Notes under the pieces: generated by a model
Seen by the model: only the letters and a program-made list of their open reading frames with translations
What the model was told of the DNA's origin: nothing
Database searches by the model: none
Program-made: the position numbers and the translations under genes
From: a virus
Taxonomy: Duplodnaviria; Heunggongvirae; Uroviricota; Caudoviricetes
Length of the DNA: 51,194 nucleotides
IMG/VR virus record: IMGVR_UViG_3300034122_001045
Reading direction: 5' to 3' (one strand)
In this document: positions 14,465 through 23,058 of the stretch, one piece after another
How positions within the stretch are numbered: the stretch's first letter is position 1
How the letters are laid out: each line of letters opens with the position of its first letter

Positions 14465-14591
14465 GTTTTTAATTTGTGGATAGTAAGCGATAACGAAGCT
14501 AACCCATCGAAATGTAAGATGAAGGCCTGGCGTATTAGCCGGCGAAACATGACAGCTCGGAGAGACGAGTACTTAATTAAAAGGTATATTA

Positions 14592-15341
14592 ATGAGTGAA
14601 GAGTATTTAGATAATTCAAAAAAGTTTTTCGATGAAACTTCAATAGAAGTTTGGAAAAATATATTATCTAAAGAAACACAAATGCATTATGCGTTTGGCG
14701 AGTCAATATTAAATAATAGAAAAATTTTTGAAAATGTAGCTACGGTTCTAGATGTTGGCTGTGGGTGGGGTGGCTCGCTACATCGTATTAAGTCAATATC
14801 TCCAAATGCTCACATAACAGGTTTAACCGAATCAAAACAGCAGGCAGAATACATTGGAGACGAATTCAATGTTATTCTTGCAAACGCTAATGAATACACT
14901 ACAAATTCTAAATACGAAATCGTATCATTCATTCAAAGTATTACACATATGAAAGATACGGCGTTTTCAAACTTGGCAAAAACTACTGATAGAATTTTCA
15001 TAAATGATTTTGTACAAACAAATAAAAGTGACTTTTATTTAAATGAAAACTGGGTTATGAAAATTAGAACAATAGATAATTGGAAAAATATGTTCAATGA
15101 AAATGGATTTGAAATTAAATCATTTAACATTTTGCCGTTACAAGAATACAAAAAGAATTCTGCATTTTGGTTAGATAATATAGTAAAGCATAACTATAGT
15201 AATATTACATGGCAGATATCAGTTTTAGAAAAACTTTGTAGAGCTTTTTTGAATAAAGAAATAACGAATACAGAACATTTACATCCGTATGAATCTGATG
15301 TATTTTTAGTAGATATCTATGCAGAAAGAAATAACGGATAA
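14592..15341 (+). CDS. Class I SAM-dependent methyltransferase
   Basis: VLDVGCGWGG motif I; AT-rich relative to flanks. Confidence 0.85.
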   Translation: MSEEYLDNSKKFFDETSIEVWKNILSKETQMHYAFGESILNNRKIFENVATVLDVGCGWGGSLHRIKSISPNAHITGLTESKQQAEYIGDEFNVILANANEYTTNSKYEIVSFIQSITHMKDTAFSNLAKTTDRIFINDFVQTNKSDFYLNENWVMKIRTIDNWKNMFNENGFEIKSFNILPLQEYKKNSAFWLDNIVKHNYSNITWQISVLEKLCRAFLNKEITNTEHLHPYESDVFLVDIYAERNNG

Positions 15342-15351
15342 ATAATTTAAT

Positions 15352-15424
15352 GCGGGTGAGGCTAAGGTAGCCAACTAGCCTTCCAAGCTATAGGAGACCG
15401 GTTCGATTCCGGCCACCCGCTCCA
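15352..15424 (+). tRNA. tRNA-Gly(TCC)
   Basis: TAGC-CTTCCAA-GCTA; TCCA. Confidence 0.9.
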
Positions 15425-15431
15425 AGAATTT

Positions 15432-15507
<76 letters not shown>

Positions 15508-15528
15508 TTTTATTATAGGAGAAAATGA

Positions 15529-15891
15529 ATGGCTTATTGGGGTTACCACGCAATGTTTGATTGCGCATCTTGTGATATTGATAAGATTACTAGTAAAGAA
15601 AACGTACACAATTTCATTAAAGAATTAGTACCTGCTATCGAAATGATTGCGTTTGGCGAACCTATGATTGAGCATTTTGCTACTCATGCACCCGACAAAG
15701 CAGGCATTAGTTTTCTTCAAATGATCGAGACGAGCAACATTTCCGGTCACTTGGTCGATTCAAATGGGGATGCTTACATCGACATCTTCTCTTGTAAGAC
15801 TGTTGACGTAAAGATCGCAGAAGAATTGATCGTTAAGTACTTCAATCCGAAAAAGATCCGTCTTAACTTCATTACTCGTTCTGCTGGGTAA
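15529..15891 (+). CDS. speD: S-adenosylmethionine decarboxylase proenzyme-like (class 1b fold)
   Basis: WGYHAMFD, GISFLQMIETSNISGH, YIDIFSCK. Confidence 0.75.
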   Translation: MAYWGYHAMFDCASCDIDKITSKENVHNFIKELVPAIEMIAFGEPMIEHFATHAPDKAGISFLQMIETSNISGHLVDSNGDAYIDIFSCKTVDVKIAEELIVKYFNPKKIRLNFITRSAG

Positions 15892-16113
15892 ATGACACCA
15901 GCCGAACGCAAGGAAGCCAATCGGTATTATTGGATTGTCAAAGGTCACTTAATACCAGAGACCTGGCAAGACAAAGATGTTCGTTCAGTTCTTGATGGTT
16001 ACTTCGTTAGACTATGGGGTAACCACGAGAACGTAGTTCATGAGGATGGTTTTGAGGAAGCGTGGCAGAAGCGCATAGGGAATCTCGAACGTAAAGTTAG
16101 CAACCCGGAGTAA
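15892..16113 (+). CDS. Hypothetical protein
   Basis: Abuts the upstream stop. Confidence 0.6.
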   Translation: MTPAERKEANRYYWIVKGHLIPETWQDKDVRSVLDGYFVRLWGNHENVVHEDGFEEAWQKRIGNLERKVSNPE

Positions 16114-16140
16114 GACTAATTTACGTTCGAGATATCTTTA

Positions 16141-16407
16141 TTACTCTTCTTCGTTCTTCTTGCTCTTACTTGATCCAGATCCGCTGAGCATTATACCTGA
16201 TAGTGTACCAGTTAAAAATGTAGCGATTGGTTGAATGAGTTCAAAAAACTTTTGATCGTTAGGTGACACGAACATAGGTTGTGTCACGTGTATTAGGCTA
16301 TACAATACAGCAAAGATTGTACCGGTTAACGTAAATGCAAGGCATACGCCAACAATAAATCTTAGTTTTGCGTTTAGTTCTTCAATTTTATCTTGACTAT
16401 TACTCAT
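16141..16407 (-). CDS. Two-TM membrane protein
   Basis: Two hydrophobic helices with a charged tail; ATG overlaps the upstream stop. Confidence 0.7.
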   Translation of the reverse strand: MSNSQDKIEELNAKLRFIVGVCLAFTLTGTIFAVLYSLIHVTQPMFVSPNDQKFFELIQPIATFLTGTLSGIMLSGSGSSKSKKNEEE

Positions 16408-16846
16408 TTGCGTTGGTCTCTTCTATTGTTTGGTTGATACCGTCGACTATATTTGGACTTTCTTCAAGTTCAAACACGCTGCTATTTTCATCTATCATCT
16501 CTTCAGTACTTGCTTCTTCAGTTTGAATAATCTCGTCAACTTTTCCGGTATATTCTTCAGACGCAGCTGCTTCTTCCGATGGAGTTTCTTCTGCTGGCAG
16601 ACTCATAAATTTGTTGACTTGTTCCTCGTATCTGTTCGAGTAGTTTCCGTCTAGCGATATTAGATCAGATGTACATGTTCCAGTAGCTAGACAGATAGGT
16701 GGGTTACATTCAGGTGCGCTCCAAAAGTCTGGATTTTGGCACTCGTAACGATACTTATCTTCTGCAAAGAAGACAATGTAACTACCTACTAGTAAAGCGA
16801 GTATTGGAAGATACATGTAGATTTCGAAAAATTTCTTGATTTGCAT
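16400..16846 (-). CDS. Membrane-anchored Cys-rich protein with acidic tail
   Basis: N-terminal TM, YRYECQNP..CNPPICLATGTC; GAGG RBS at the trimmed start. Confidence 0.7.
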   Translation of the reverse strand: MQIKKFFEIYMYLPILALLVGSYIVFFAEDKYRYECQNPDFWSAPECNPPICLATGTCTSDLISLDGNYSNRYEEQVNKFMSLPAEETPSEEAAASEEYTGKVDEIIQTEEASTEEMIDENSSVFELEESPNIVDGINQTIEETNANE

Positions 16847-16935
16847 GACCTTTTCCTCTCTTCGTTGATAATAATGTAGTTCACCTATTGACATTAATGT
16901 AATTCGTGTTAATATATATCCATACAAGAGATTCT

Positions 16936-17012
16936 GCGGGCGTGACGTAACAGGTAACCGTATCAGACTTAAAATCTGAGTTTTGTGGGTTCGATTCCCA
17001 CCGCCCGTACCA
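16936..17012 (+). tRNA. tRNA-Leu(TAA), short variable arm
   Basis: TCAGA-CTTAAAA-TCTGA; 5-nt variable loop; ACCA. Confidence 0.88.
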
Positions 17013-17037
17013 CTATAACATATGGAGAGAGTGAAAT

Positions 17038-17286
17038 ATGATTCTTGACGATACAGAATGGTTCCAGACACAGCGACGCGTTCAAGCCGAGAATGCTCCA
17101 CTCGTAGATGAATGGAAAAAGCTCTATGCAACTCCAGTGAAATCTGAGTTTGAGTCTGCGATTGAACGAGAGATTACTAAGTTTGTTGAACGTGTTGGCC
17201 TGTATGAACACCCAACATCTACTCGCCCTCGTTGGAAAACTGACAAAGAAATGTATCAAGCATTTTGGAACGAAAGGCTGAACTAA
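17038..17286 (+). CDS. Hypothetical protein
   Basis: GGAG RBS. Confidence 0.65.
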   Translation: MILDDTEWFQTQRRVQAENAPLVDEWKKLYATPVKSEFESAIEREITKFVERVGLYEHPTSTRPRWKTDKEMYQAFWNERLN

Positions 17287-17287
17287 T

Positions 17288-17470
17288 ATGGCTAAAACGA
17301 GTCTTGAATACGCTGAACTGACCGGTCTTAGAATCTTTATCGAAAACTACAAAACTGCATATGAGATTCAGTATGGTAAACATAAAGACTACGACGTAAA
17401 TAAACCAGTAGGACCTCAAGCTATTATGAGTTGTATTCAAGATAGAATTCTAGAACTCGAAAAGAAATAA
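17288..17470 (+). CDS. Hypothetical protein
   Basis: Translationally coupled to the upstream ORF. Confidence 0.6.
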   Translation: MAKTSLEYAELTGLRIFIENYKTAYEIQYGKHKDYDVNKPVGPQAIMSCIQDRILELEKK

Positions 17471-17476
17471 GATAAT

Positions 17477-17552
17477 GCCGTGACAAGTGTAAGTGGAAGC
17501 ATATCTCACTGTGACTGAGATGGAATGGGATCGAAGCCCATGCACGGTACCA
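17477..17552 (+). tRNA. tRNA-His(GTG), alphaproteobacterial type (no G-1, U72, A73)
   Basis: TCTCA-CTGTGAC-TGAGA; preceded by T; ends GGT-A-CCA. Confidence 0.88.
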
Positions 17553-17557
17553 ATAAT

Positions 17558-17632
17558 GCGGAGGTAGCTCAGTGGTAGAGCTTCTGCTTGCCAAGCAGAT
17601 GGCCGTGGGTTCGAGTCCCATTCTCCGCTCCA
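17558..17632 (+). tRNA. tRNA-Gly(GCC)
   Basis: TCTGC-TTGCCAA-GCAGA; TCCA. Confidence 0.95.
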
Positions 17633-17637
17633 AATAT

Positions 17638-17714
17638 GTCCCTGTAGGCCAACTGGTAGAGTCACTAGCTTGAGGTGCTAGGTGTTGGAGGTTCGAGTCC
17701 TCTCAGGGACACCA
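17638..17714 (+). tRNA. tRNA-Leu(GAG), short variable arm
   Basis: CTAGC-TTGAGGT-GCTAG; 5-nt variable loop; ACCA. Confidence 0.88.
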
Positions 17715-17715
17715 T

Positions 17716-17789
17716 TGCCCGTTCGTCTAACGGTAGGACGCTAGGCTCTGACCCTAGTAATCGCGGTTCGAATCCTCGACGGGCATCCA
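17716..17789 (+). tRNA. tRNA-Gln(CTG)
   Basis: CTAGG-CTCTGAC-CCTAG; TCCA. Confidence 0.93.
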
Positions 17790-17792
17790 ACA

Positions 17793-17800
17793 TATAAATA
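17793..17800 (+). promoter_or_regulatory. T4-type late promoter
   Basis: TATAAATA at the head of the 17806 operon. Confidence 0.7.
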
Positions 17801-17805
17801 CTATA

Positions 17806-18594
17806 ATGAATAATACTTTGAACATGGAGTTTAGATCGCAAGAAGGATACGGTGACTTTATCACCGGCCTTTGCTATGCACATTCATCTGTGTTAAAGTA
17901 TCAGAGACCAGTCCACATAAAGTTTCATTGGCCAAATGCAAAGGATTACTTGCTCAGTGAAAAGGACCAAGAGTCAATCCTCTATCGTTTTAATTACATT
18001 AAAGATTACTTAAGGCCGGTAGATGGTCTAACGATATCACATGAATATTCGTCTAATCCAAAGTTTAGATTCGTCAACGAGCTTGAAGAATTCAATCACC
18101 TGCATGGTCTCTGGTATCTAAAAGAAGAACCAAAGATAAAGCCTGGACTCGTCGCGTTTTGGTCTTCGAAACATAACCTTACGTTTCCTGGTTATCATAA
18201 AGACCCATTATACGATCATTGGGATACCGTTGTAAATAACCTTAAGATGGAAGGATACGAAGTAGTTGAGTTAACTTATAGAACTCCTATTCGTGAAGTC
18301 ATGGACGTAATCACGACATGTGAGTTTGGAGTCGGCTACGAGGGTATGGTACATCAGCTGTTTAAGTTTACATGGCGGCCTATCGTGATTGCATCGAAGA
18401 GAGTAGAACTCGCGACTCTTCTTGCTCCTCAAGGCGCAATCATAACTTCACCAGATCAACTCCTACACAATCATATTTCCAAATACGTGAAACAGAGTAA
18501 AAAGAATATCCAAAGACTTCTGATTGCTCATCAAGAATATATGAACGACGTACAGGATCCAACGAAACACAAGTTATACGGTATGGAAACATGA
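17806..18594 (+). CDS. Putative GT-B glycosyltransferase (GT9-like)
   Basis: N-terminal GYGD motif; C-terminal CEFGVGYEG..HQL resembles the GT9 donor-binding region. Confidence 0.45.
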   Translation: MNNTLNMEFRSQEGYGDFITGLCYAHSSVLKYQRPVHIKFHWPNAKDYLLSEKDQESILYRFNYIKDYLRPVDGLTISHEYSSNPKFRFVNELEEFNHLHGLWYLKEEPKIKPGLVAFWSSKHNLTFPGYHKDPLYDHWDTVVNNLKMEGYEVVELTYRTPIREVMDVITTCEFGVGYEGMVHQLFKFTWRPIVIASKRVELATLLAPQGAIITSPDQLLHNHISKYVKQSKKNIQRLLIAHQEYMNDVQDPTKHKLYGMET

Positions 18595-19496
18595 AAGAAA
18601 CTGATAACCAACATACGTTTATTCAAAGACGTCAAGACATAGAAACGAAATACTTCGAGACTCTTGACTCTCAGAACATTCTGAAATCAATTTCGTCTGT
18701 TGATATCACTACGATTGATTTATGCAATCGTTCCTGCGTGTTCTGTCCTCGACACGATCCTCGAGTCTATCCAAATCGAAATCTTCGAATGACGACGAGT
18801 GGCGCAGAGATCATAGCCAAGAGATTGGCTGATATACAATACACCGGAACAATCGCCATCTCTGGCTTCGGTGAAAACCTTCTAAACCCTGACATTGTAA
18901 ATATCATTAGAGCCTTAAGAACGCACAATAGTAAAGCGTACATTGAGTGCAATACAAATGGAGATCCTCTTAACACGACTCTTATCAAGGATCTGATTGA
19001 AGCTGGTCTTGATGTACTTAATATCAATATGTACGACGGCCCAGAACAGATTCAATACTTTGACGAGATCCTCGAGGGTATACCAGAAAAGAACTATAAG
19101 TATAGAGTTCATTGGGATCCAAAGGATCATGGGATCATATTCAATAATCGTTCCGGTCTTATCAAATGGATGGATGATACTGATACTCTTGAGAACGTGA
19201 AGAACAATAAGTGCTTCTATCCCTTCTATAAACTATACGTTGATTGGAATGGTGACGTTCTGTTCTGCGCAAACGATTGGGGTAGAGAACGAGTCGTTGG
19301 TAACCTAATGCAGCAACCTATCTCCGAAGTTTGGATGAGTAAGGAAATGCAGAAGGTAAGAATGAGACTCTCGAGAGCAAATAGAAACTTTAGTCCCTGT
19401 AATAAGTGCAGCGTCATAGGTACACTCGTAGGAGAAAAGAGCTATGATATTTTAATGGAGCATTATAATGAGAATCGCAGTCACTGGAAGCAGTAA
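18591..19496 (+). CDS. Radical SAM/SPASM domain protein
   Basis: CNRSCVFC; GFGE; C-terminal C..PF..WNG...C..D..C..C. Confidence 0.9.
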   Translation: MKETDNQHTFIQRRQDIETKYFETLDSQNILKSISSVDITTIDLCNRSCVFCPRHDPRVYPNRNLRMTTSGAEIIAKRLADIQYTGTIAISGFGENLLNPDIVNIIRALRTHNSKAYIECNTNGDPLNTTLIKDLIEAGLDVLNINMYDGPEQIQYFDEILEGIPEKNYKYRVHWDPKDHGIIFNNRSGLIKWMDDTDTLENVKNNKCFYPFYKLYVDWNGDVLFCANDWGRERVVGNLMQQPISEVWMSKEMQKVRMRLSRANRNFSPCNKCSVIGTLVGEKSYDILMEHYNENRSHWKQ

Positions 19497-19971
19497 ACTC
19501 GCTGGTGCCATCATAGATAGGTTTGGCGCAGACTCTTATCGAGTTGAAGATAGGATAGAGAAATCAGACTATGATGTCTTCATTAATAATGCTCACGTTG
19601 GATTTCAGCAAACACTCTTACTCGAAGAATGGTGCCATGCTTGGTACGAAGATAGTAGTAAGCTCATCATCAACATATCGTCGAGAGCAGGTCTACCAAA
19701 TCTTTCAAAGGGTTACATGTATGCGGCTCAAAAAGCGTCTCTCGATCACATTGCGGATAACATTACTTATAACAGCCATAAGAAATGTAGGATCACTACG
19801 ATCAATCTTGGAATGCTAGAAGACTCCCTTCCTTCTGTAACTTACTCAGAAGTCTGTGATTTAATACAATATGTTCTTTCTTTGCCGAAACATCTAGAGA
19901 TACCAAGGATATTTCTACAGAACGCTGCAAACTATAAAGAAGTTCAAAAACTTAAGAGCTCTAGATATTAA
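19468..19971 (+). CDS. Short-chain dehydrogenase/reductase
   Basis: VTGSS, INNA, NISS, YAAQK. Confidence 0.8.
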   Translation: MRIAVTGSSKLAGAIIDRFGADSYRVEDRIEKSDYDVFINNAHVGFQQTLLLEEWCHAWYEDSSKLIINISSRAGLPNLSKGYMYAAQKASLDHIADNITYNSHKKCRITTINLGMLEDSLPSVTYSEVCDLIQYVLSLPKHLEIPRIFLQNAANYKEVQKLKSSRY

Positions 19972-20013
19972 CAGATAAATAAGATAGTACTGAATTCACA
20001 GGATAGGTATTAT

Positions 20014-20235
20014 ATGTTTACCAACGAAATTGAATTTGACGAAACTATCACAACAATCTTAGATGACTGCGGTCAATATGAAGATGTTCAATTCTTCATC
20101 GATGATAACGAAGTATACATAAGACAGTGGAACGAAACAAGAGGACAGTGCGAACTCATAGCGATGTCTCATAGAATGTTTGAAGAGTTTCTTCAAGCTT
20201 TAAAGAAACCGGAAGGTTCTTACATATTACGATAA
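20014..20235 (+). CDS. Hypothetical protein
   Basis: Own RBS; acidic 73 aa. Confidence 0.6.
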   Translation: MFTNEIEFDETITTILDDCGQYEDVQFFIDDNEVYIRQWNETRGQCELIAMSHRMFEEFLQALKKPEGSYILR

Positions 20236-20262
20236 CGTGAACAACATACAGGAGTGATAATT

Positions 20263-20742
20263 ATGTTTACGCAAAAACAGATCGAAGAACTCGTAGATCT
20301 TCTTTGCGATCTTAATGAATCTACGAAGATCTACATAGGAACGGACTCAGTTCGTTTTAGAGAAAACGATAGATGGTACGCTAAGTATGCGACGGTCTGC
20401 GTCGTTCACATGAATGGTCAGAACGGCTGCAGAGTGTTTCGACACAAGACGGTTGAAACTGACTACGATCTAAAAAAGAATCGTCCGTCAATGCGTCTTA
20501 TGAATGAAGTCATGAAGTCTTGCGAACTGTACACTCAGCTCGCTCCGTTCATCGACGATTTCGACGTTGAGATTCACTGCGACGTCAACATCGATCCAAA
20601 GCACGGTTCAAACTGTGTCGCATCTCAGGCTGCTGGTTATGTTCTTGGTGTAACTGGTCTTGCTGAAAATCACGTGAAGCTCAAGCCTCACGCCTTTGCA
20701 GCTAGCTTCGGCGCAGATCACTACGCAAATAATTTTAGTTGA
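20263..20742 (+). CDS. RNase H-like protein (YkuK/DUF458 type)
   Basis: IYIGTDS, YAT, RLMNEV, IHCDVN. Confidence 0.75.
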   Translation: MFTQKQIEELVDLLCDLNESTKIYIGTDSVRFRENDRWYAKYATVCVVHMNGQNGCRVFRHKTVETDYDLKKNRPSMRLMNEVMKSCELYTQLAPFIDDFDVEIHCDVNIDPKHGSNCVASQAAGYVLGVTGLAENHVKLKPHAFAASFGADHYANNFS

Positions 20743-20790
20743 CATTCACAACGTTATGAATTATATTGTAGTTAGAAACGGAGAATCAAA

Positions 20791-21294
20791 ATGAACAAGA
20801 CACTTCTAGCAATTGCAGTATCACTTGTGCCGGCCGTTGTTTCAGCGGACGGCCTTTCTAATGCTCAGTACGCAGTGATTACTGCGGTCCATCCGGTCTA
20901 CACGGATCGATATGTAGATACCTACGAGAACGTATGCTATGATGTACAGGTGCCTGTTTACGGTCGTGTTCATGGTGGCTCAGATGCCGATGTTCTTGTC
21001 GGAGCGTTGATTGGCGGAGCGATTGGCAATCAATTTGGTGGTGGAAGCGGCAAGGACGCAATGACCGTTCTTGGCGCAATCGTTGGTGCCAATAAGGGTG
21101 CTAATGCTTCTCGTGATGCAGTCGTTGGATATCGTTACGAACCTCAGTGCGAAAGCGTAAGAACGACTGTTAACGATCCGATCGTATCACACTATCGTAT
21201 CTCTTATACCTATAATGGGTATGAGTACTCTCAAGAAACTGTACATAAGTATACGCTTGGTCAACGCGTGAGCGTTCAGCCCGCGTTGAAGTAA
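20791..21294 (+). CDS. Exported glycine-zipper 2TM protein (YcfJ-like)
   Basis: Signal peptide; GALIGGAIGNQFGGGSGK..GAIVG. Confidence 0.8.
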   Translation: MNKTLLAIAVSLVPAVVSADGLSNAQYAVITAVHPVYTDRYVDTYENVCYDVQVPVYGRVHGGSDADVLVGALIGGAIGNQFGGGSGKDAMTVLGAIVGANKGANASRDAVVGYRYEPQCESVRTTVNDPIVSHYRISYTYNGYEYSQETVHKYTLGQRVSVQPALK

Positions 21295-21312
21295 ATTAAT
21301 AAAGGATTGGAT

Positions 21313-21669
21313 ATGGGTATTAAAGCAGGAAAGATCTGGGGAGGCACAGAGCTCATTCACGCGAATGGCGTATTTGAGTTTCATCGAATTGAATTCAATG
21401 CAGGATTTAAGTGTTCGGAGCATCTTCATCGATTTAAATGGAACGGCTTCTTTGTTGAATCCGGTAAGATGTTGATCCGTGTATGGCAGACTGCAGATCA
21501 AGAAGGTATTGTTGACGAGACTGTGTTGTCTGCTGGTCAATTCACTCAAGTCAGGCCAGGACTCGTTCATCAGTTCGAAGGTCTCGAAGATGGCGTTGCG
21601 TTTGAACTCTACTGGGCAGAGTTTAATCACGATGATATTGTTCGTAAGACTGTTGGAAAAAAGGCATGA
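21313..21669 (+). CDS. Cupin-fold protein (sugar isomerase-like)
   Basis: KIWG, SEHLH..K.NGF.V..G, HQF. Confidence 0.7.
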   Translation: MGIKAGKIWGGTELIHANGVFEFHRIEFNAGFKCSEHLHRFKWNGFFVESGKMLIRVWQTADQEGIVDETVLSAGQFTQVRPGLVHQFEGLEDGVAFELYWAEFNHDDIVRKTVGKKA

Positions 21670-22433
21670 GGATCATTGCTGGCCCATGTCAACACGAGAG
21701 TCTAGAGCAATCTCTTGAAATCGCAAAGCATTGCGAACTGGTATGTAAGAAGTATGGAGTTGAATACTTCTTTAAAGCTAGTTTTGATAAAGCAAATCGA
21801 ACAAGCTCACTAGGAAAACGCGGTCTTGGCATTGAAAAGACTATGCATGACTTTGACGTTCTTCGTAGTCATATGTTGGAACTGAACATCGTAACCGACG
21901 TTCACGAAACTTGGCAGGTAGAGTTCGTAAAGGATTATGTAGATGTTATTCAAATCCCTGCTTTTCTTTGCCGCCAAACGGATCTTATCCGAGCTGCCGT
22001 AGAGACTGGCAAAATCGTCAATATTAAAAAAGGACAGTTTCTTGCGCCGTGGGATGTCAAAGGTATTCTCTCGAAAACCGAAGGAGCAAAAGAAGTCTGG
22101 CTAACTGAAAGGGGAACGAGCTTTGGGTATAACACTCTTGTGGTCGATTACACTGGTATCCAGTACATTATGGATAATTACGATGTTCCGTTTGTATTTG
22201 ATGCAACACACTCTGTTCAAAAGCCTGGCGGCATGGGGTCGAGTAGTGGCGGTAATAGGAATTATGTTCCTGGTTTATGTCGTGCAGCTAGTGCTCTTGG
22301 TGTATCTAATTTCTTTTTAGAAGTTCATCCGGATCCGGATAGTTCTCCGTCTGATAGCGCGAATATGCTATATCTGAATGACTTTGAAGAAGTCGTTGAA
22401 CAAATTGTCAACTTTCATTATGTTAGGAAATAA
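21666..22433 (+). CDS. kdsA: KDO 8-phosphate synthase
   Basis: IAGPC, FKASFDKANRTS, QIPAFLCRQTDL, NIKKGQF, ERG..FGY, FDATHSVQ.PGG, EVHPDP. Confidence 0.93.
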   Translation: MRIIAGPCQHESLEQSLEIAKHCELVCKKYGVEYFFKASFDKANRTSSLGKRGLGIEKTMHDFDVLRSHMLELNIVTDVHETWQVEFVKDYVDVIQIPAFLCRQTDLIRAAVETGKIVNIKKGQFLAPWDVKGILSKTEGAKEVWLTERGTSFGYNTLVVDYTGIQYIMDNYDVPFVFDATHSVQKPGGMGSSSGGNRNYVPGLCRAASALGVSNFFLEVHPDPDSSPSDSANMLYLNDFEEVVEQIVNFHYVRK

Positions 22434-22434
22434 A

Positions 22435-22593
22435 ATGGTAGACATGAGCGTCGTTATCGGTAACCTATTGTTCTGGCCCGCTTGGTTCTTAGTATCGAGC
22501 ATTCCGTATCTGTTGAACCAATATGCAATCAACAACTACGAAAAGATCCAAGATTTCAATAGTAACAAAAATGCAACAGATAAACCGAACTAA
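22435..22593 (+). CDS. Small membrane protein
   Basis: AGGA RBS; one hydrophobic helix. Confidence 0.5.
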   Translation: MVDMSVVIGNLLFWPAWFLVSSIPYLLNQYAINNYEKIQDFNSNKNATDKPN

Positions 22594-22603
22594 ATTTTAA
22601 TAG

Positions 22604-22635
22604 TTGACATTTTCTCAAATTGGTTTATATATAAC
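22604..22635 (+). promoter_or_regulatory. Sigma70-type promoter for tmRNA
   Basis: TTGACA followed by TATATA/TATAAC. Confidence 0.6.
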
Positions 22636-22636
22636 T

Positions 22637-22699
22637 AGTAATCGTTGAAGCAGACGATAGACATTCTGGACCGGGGTTCAAATCCCCGCAGCTCCACCA
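22637..22699 (+). ncRNA. ssrA: Two-piece tmRNA, acceptor piece (5' end approximate)
   Basis: GGACCGGGG-TTCAAAT-CCCCG-CAGCTCC-ACCA. Confidence 0.9.
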
Positions 22700-22740
22700 A
22701 AAGTAAATTAAACGATGTTTGCGAAACAAAGGAGGAATCT

Positions 22741-23046
22741 ATGTTTGCAGATAAAGAAGTTTTTAAGCAGTATAAGAAAGACAAGGGTCTGGAAAGGCGC
22801 GCGTTTCTAAATGAGTATAAAATAAGCAGAGGATGCGAAATTTGTGGTTTTAATAAACATCCACAAGCATTAGCATTTGATCATTTGGATCCTAGCACAA
22901 AGCATCCAAAATATTCTGCTAAACAACTTACTCGTTGGGGTATGGAAATGTTGATGGAAGAAATCAGTAAGTGTAGAATTTTATGTCATAACTGTCATGC
23001 AATTCACACATATGACAACGACCATCACAATCTTCATAACCTTTAA
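22741..23046 (+). CDS. HNH endonuclease inside the tmRNA intervening segment
   Basis: GCEICG, FDHLDP, KCRILCHNCHAIHT; GGAGG RBS. Confidence 0.88.
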   Translation: MFADKEVFKQYKKDKGLERRAFLNEYKISRGCEICGFNKHPQALAFDHLDPSTKHPKYSAKQLTRWGMEMLMEEISKCRILCHNCHAIHTYDNDHHNLHNL

Positions 23047-23058
23047 TTTACTTTTGGC

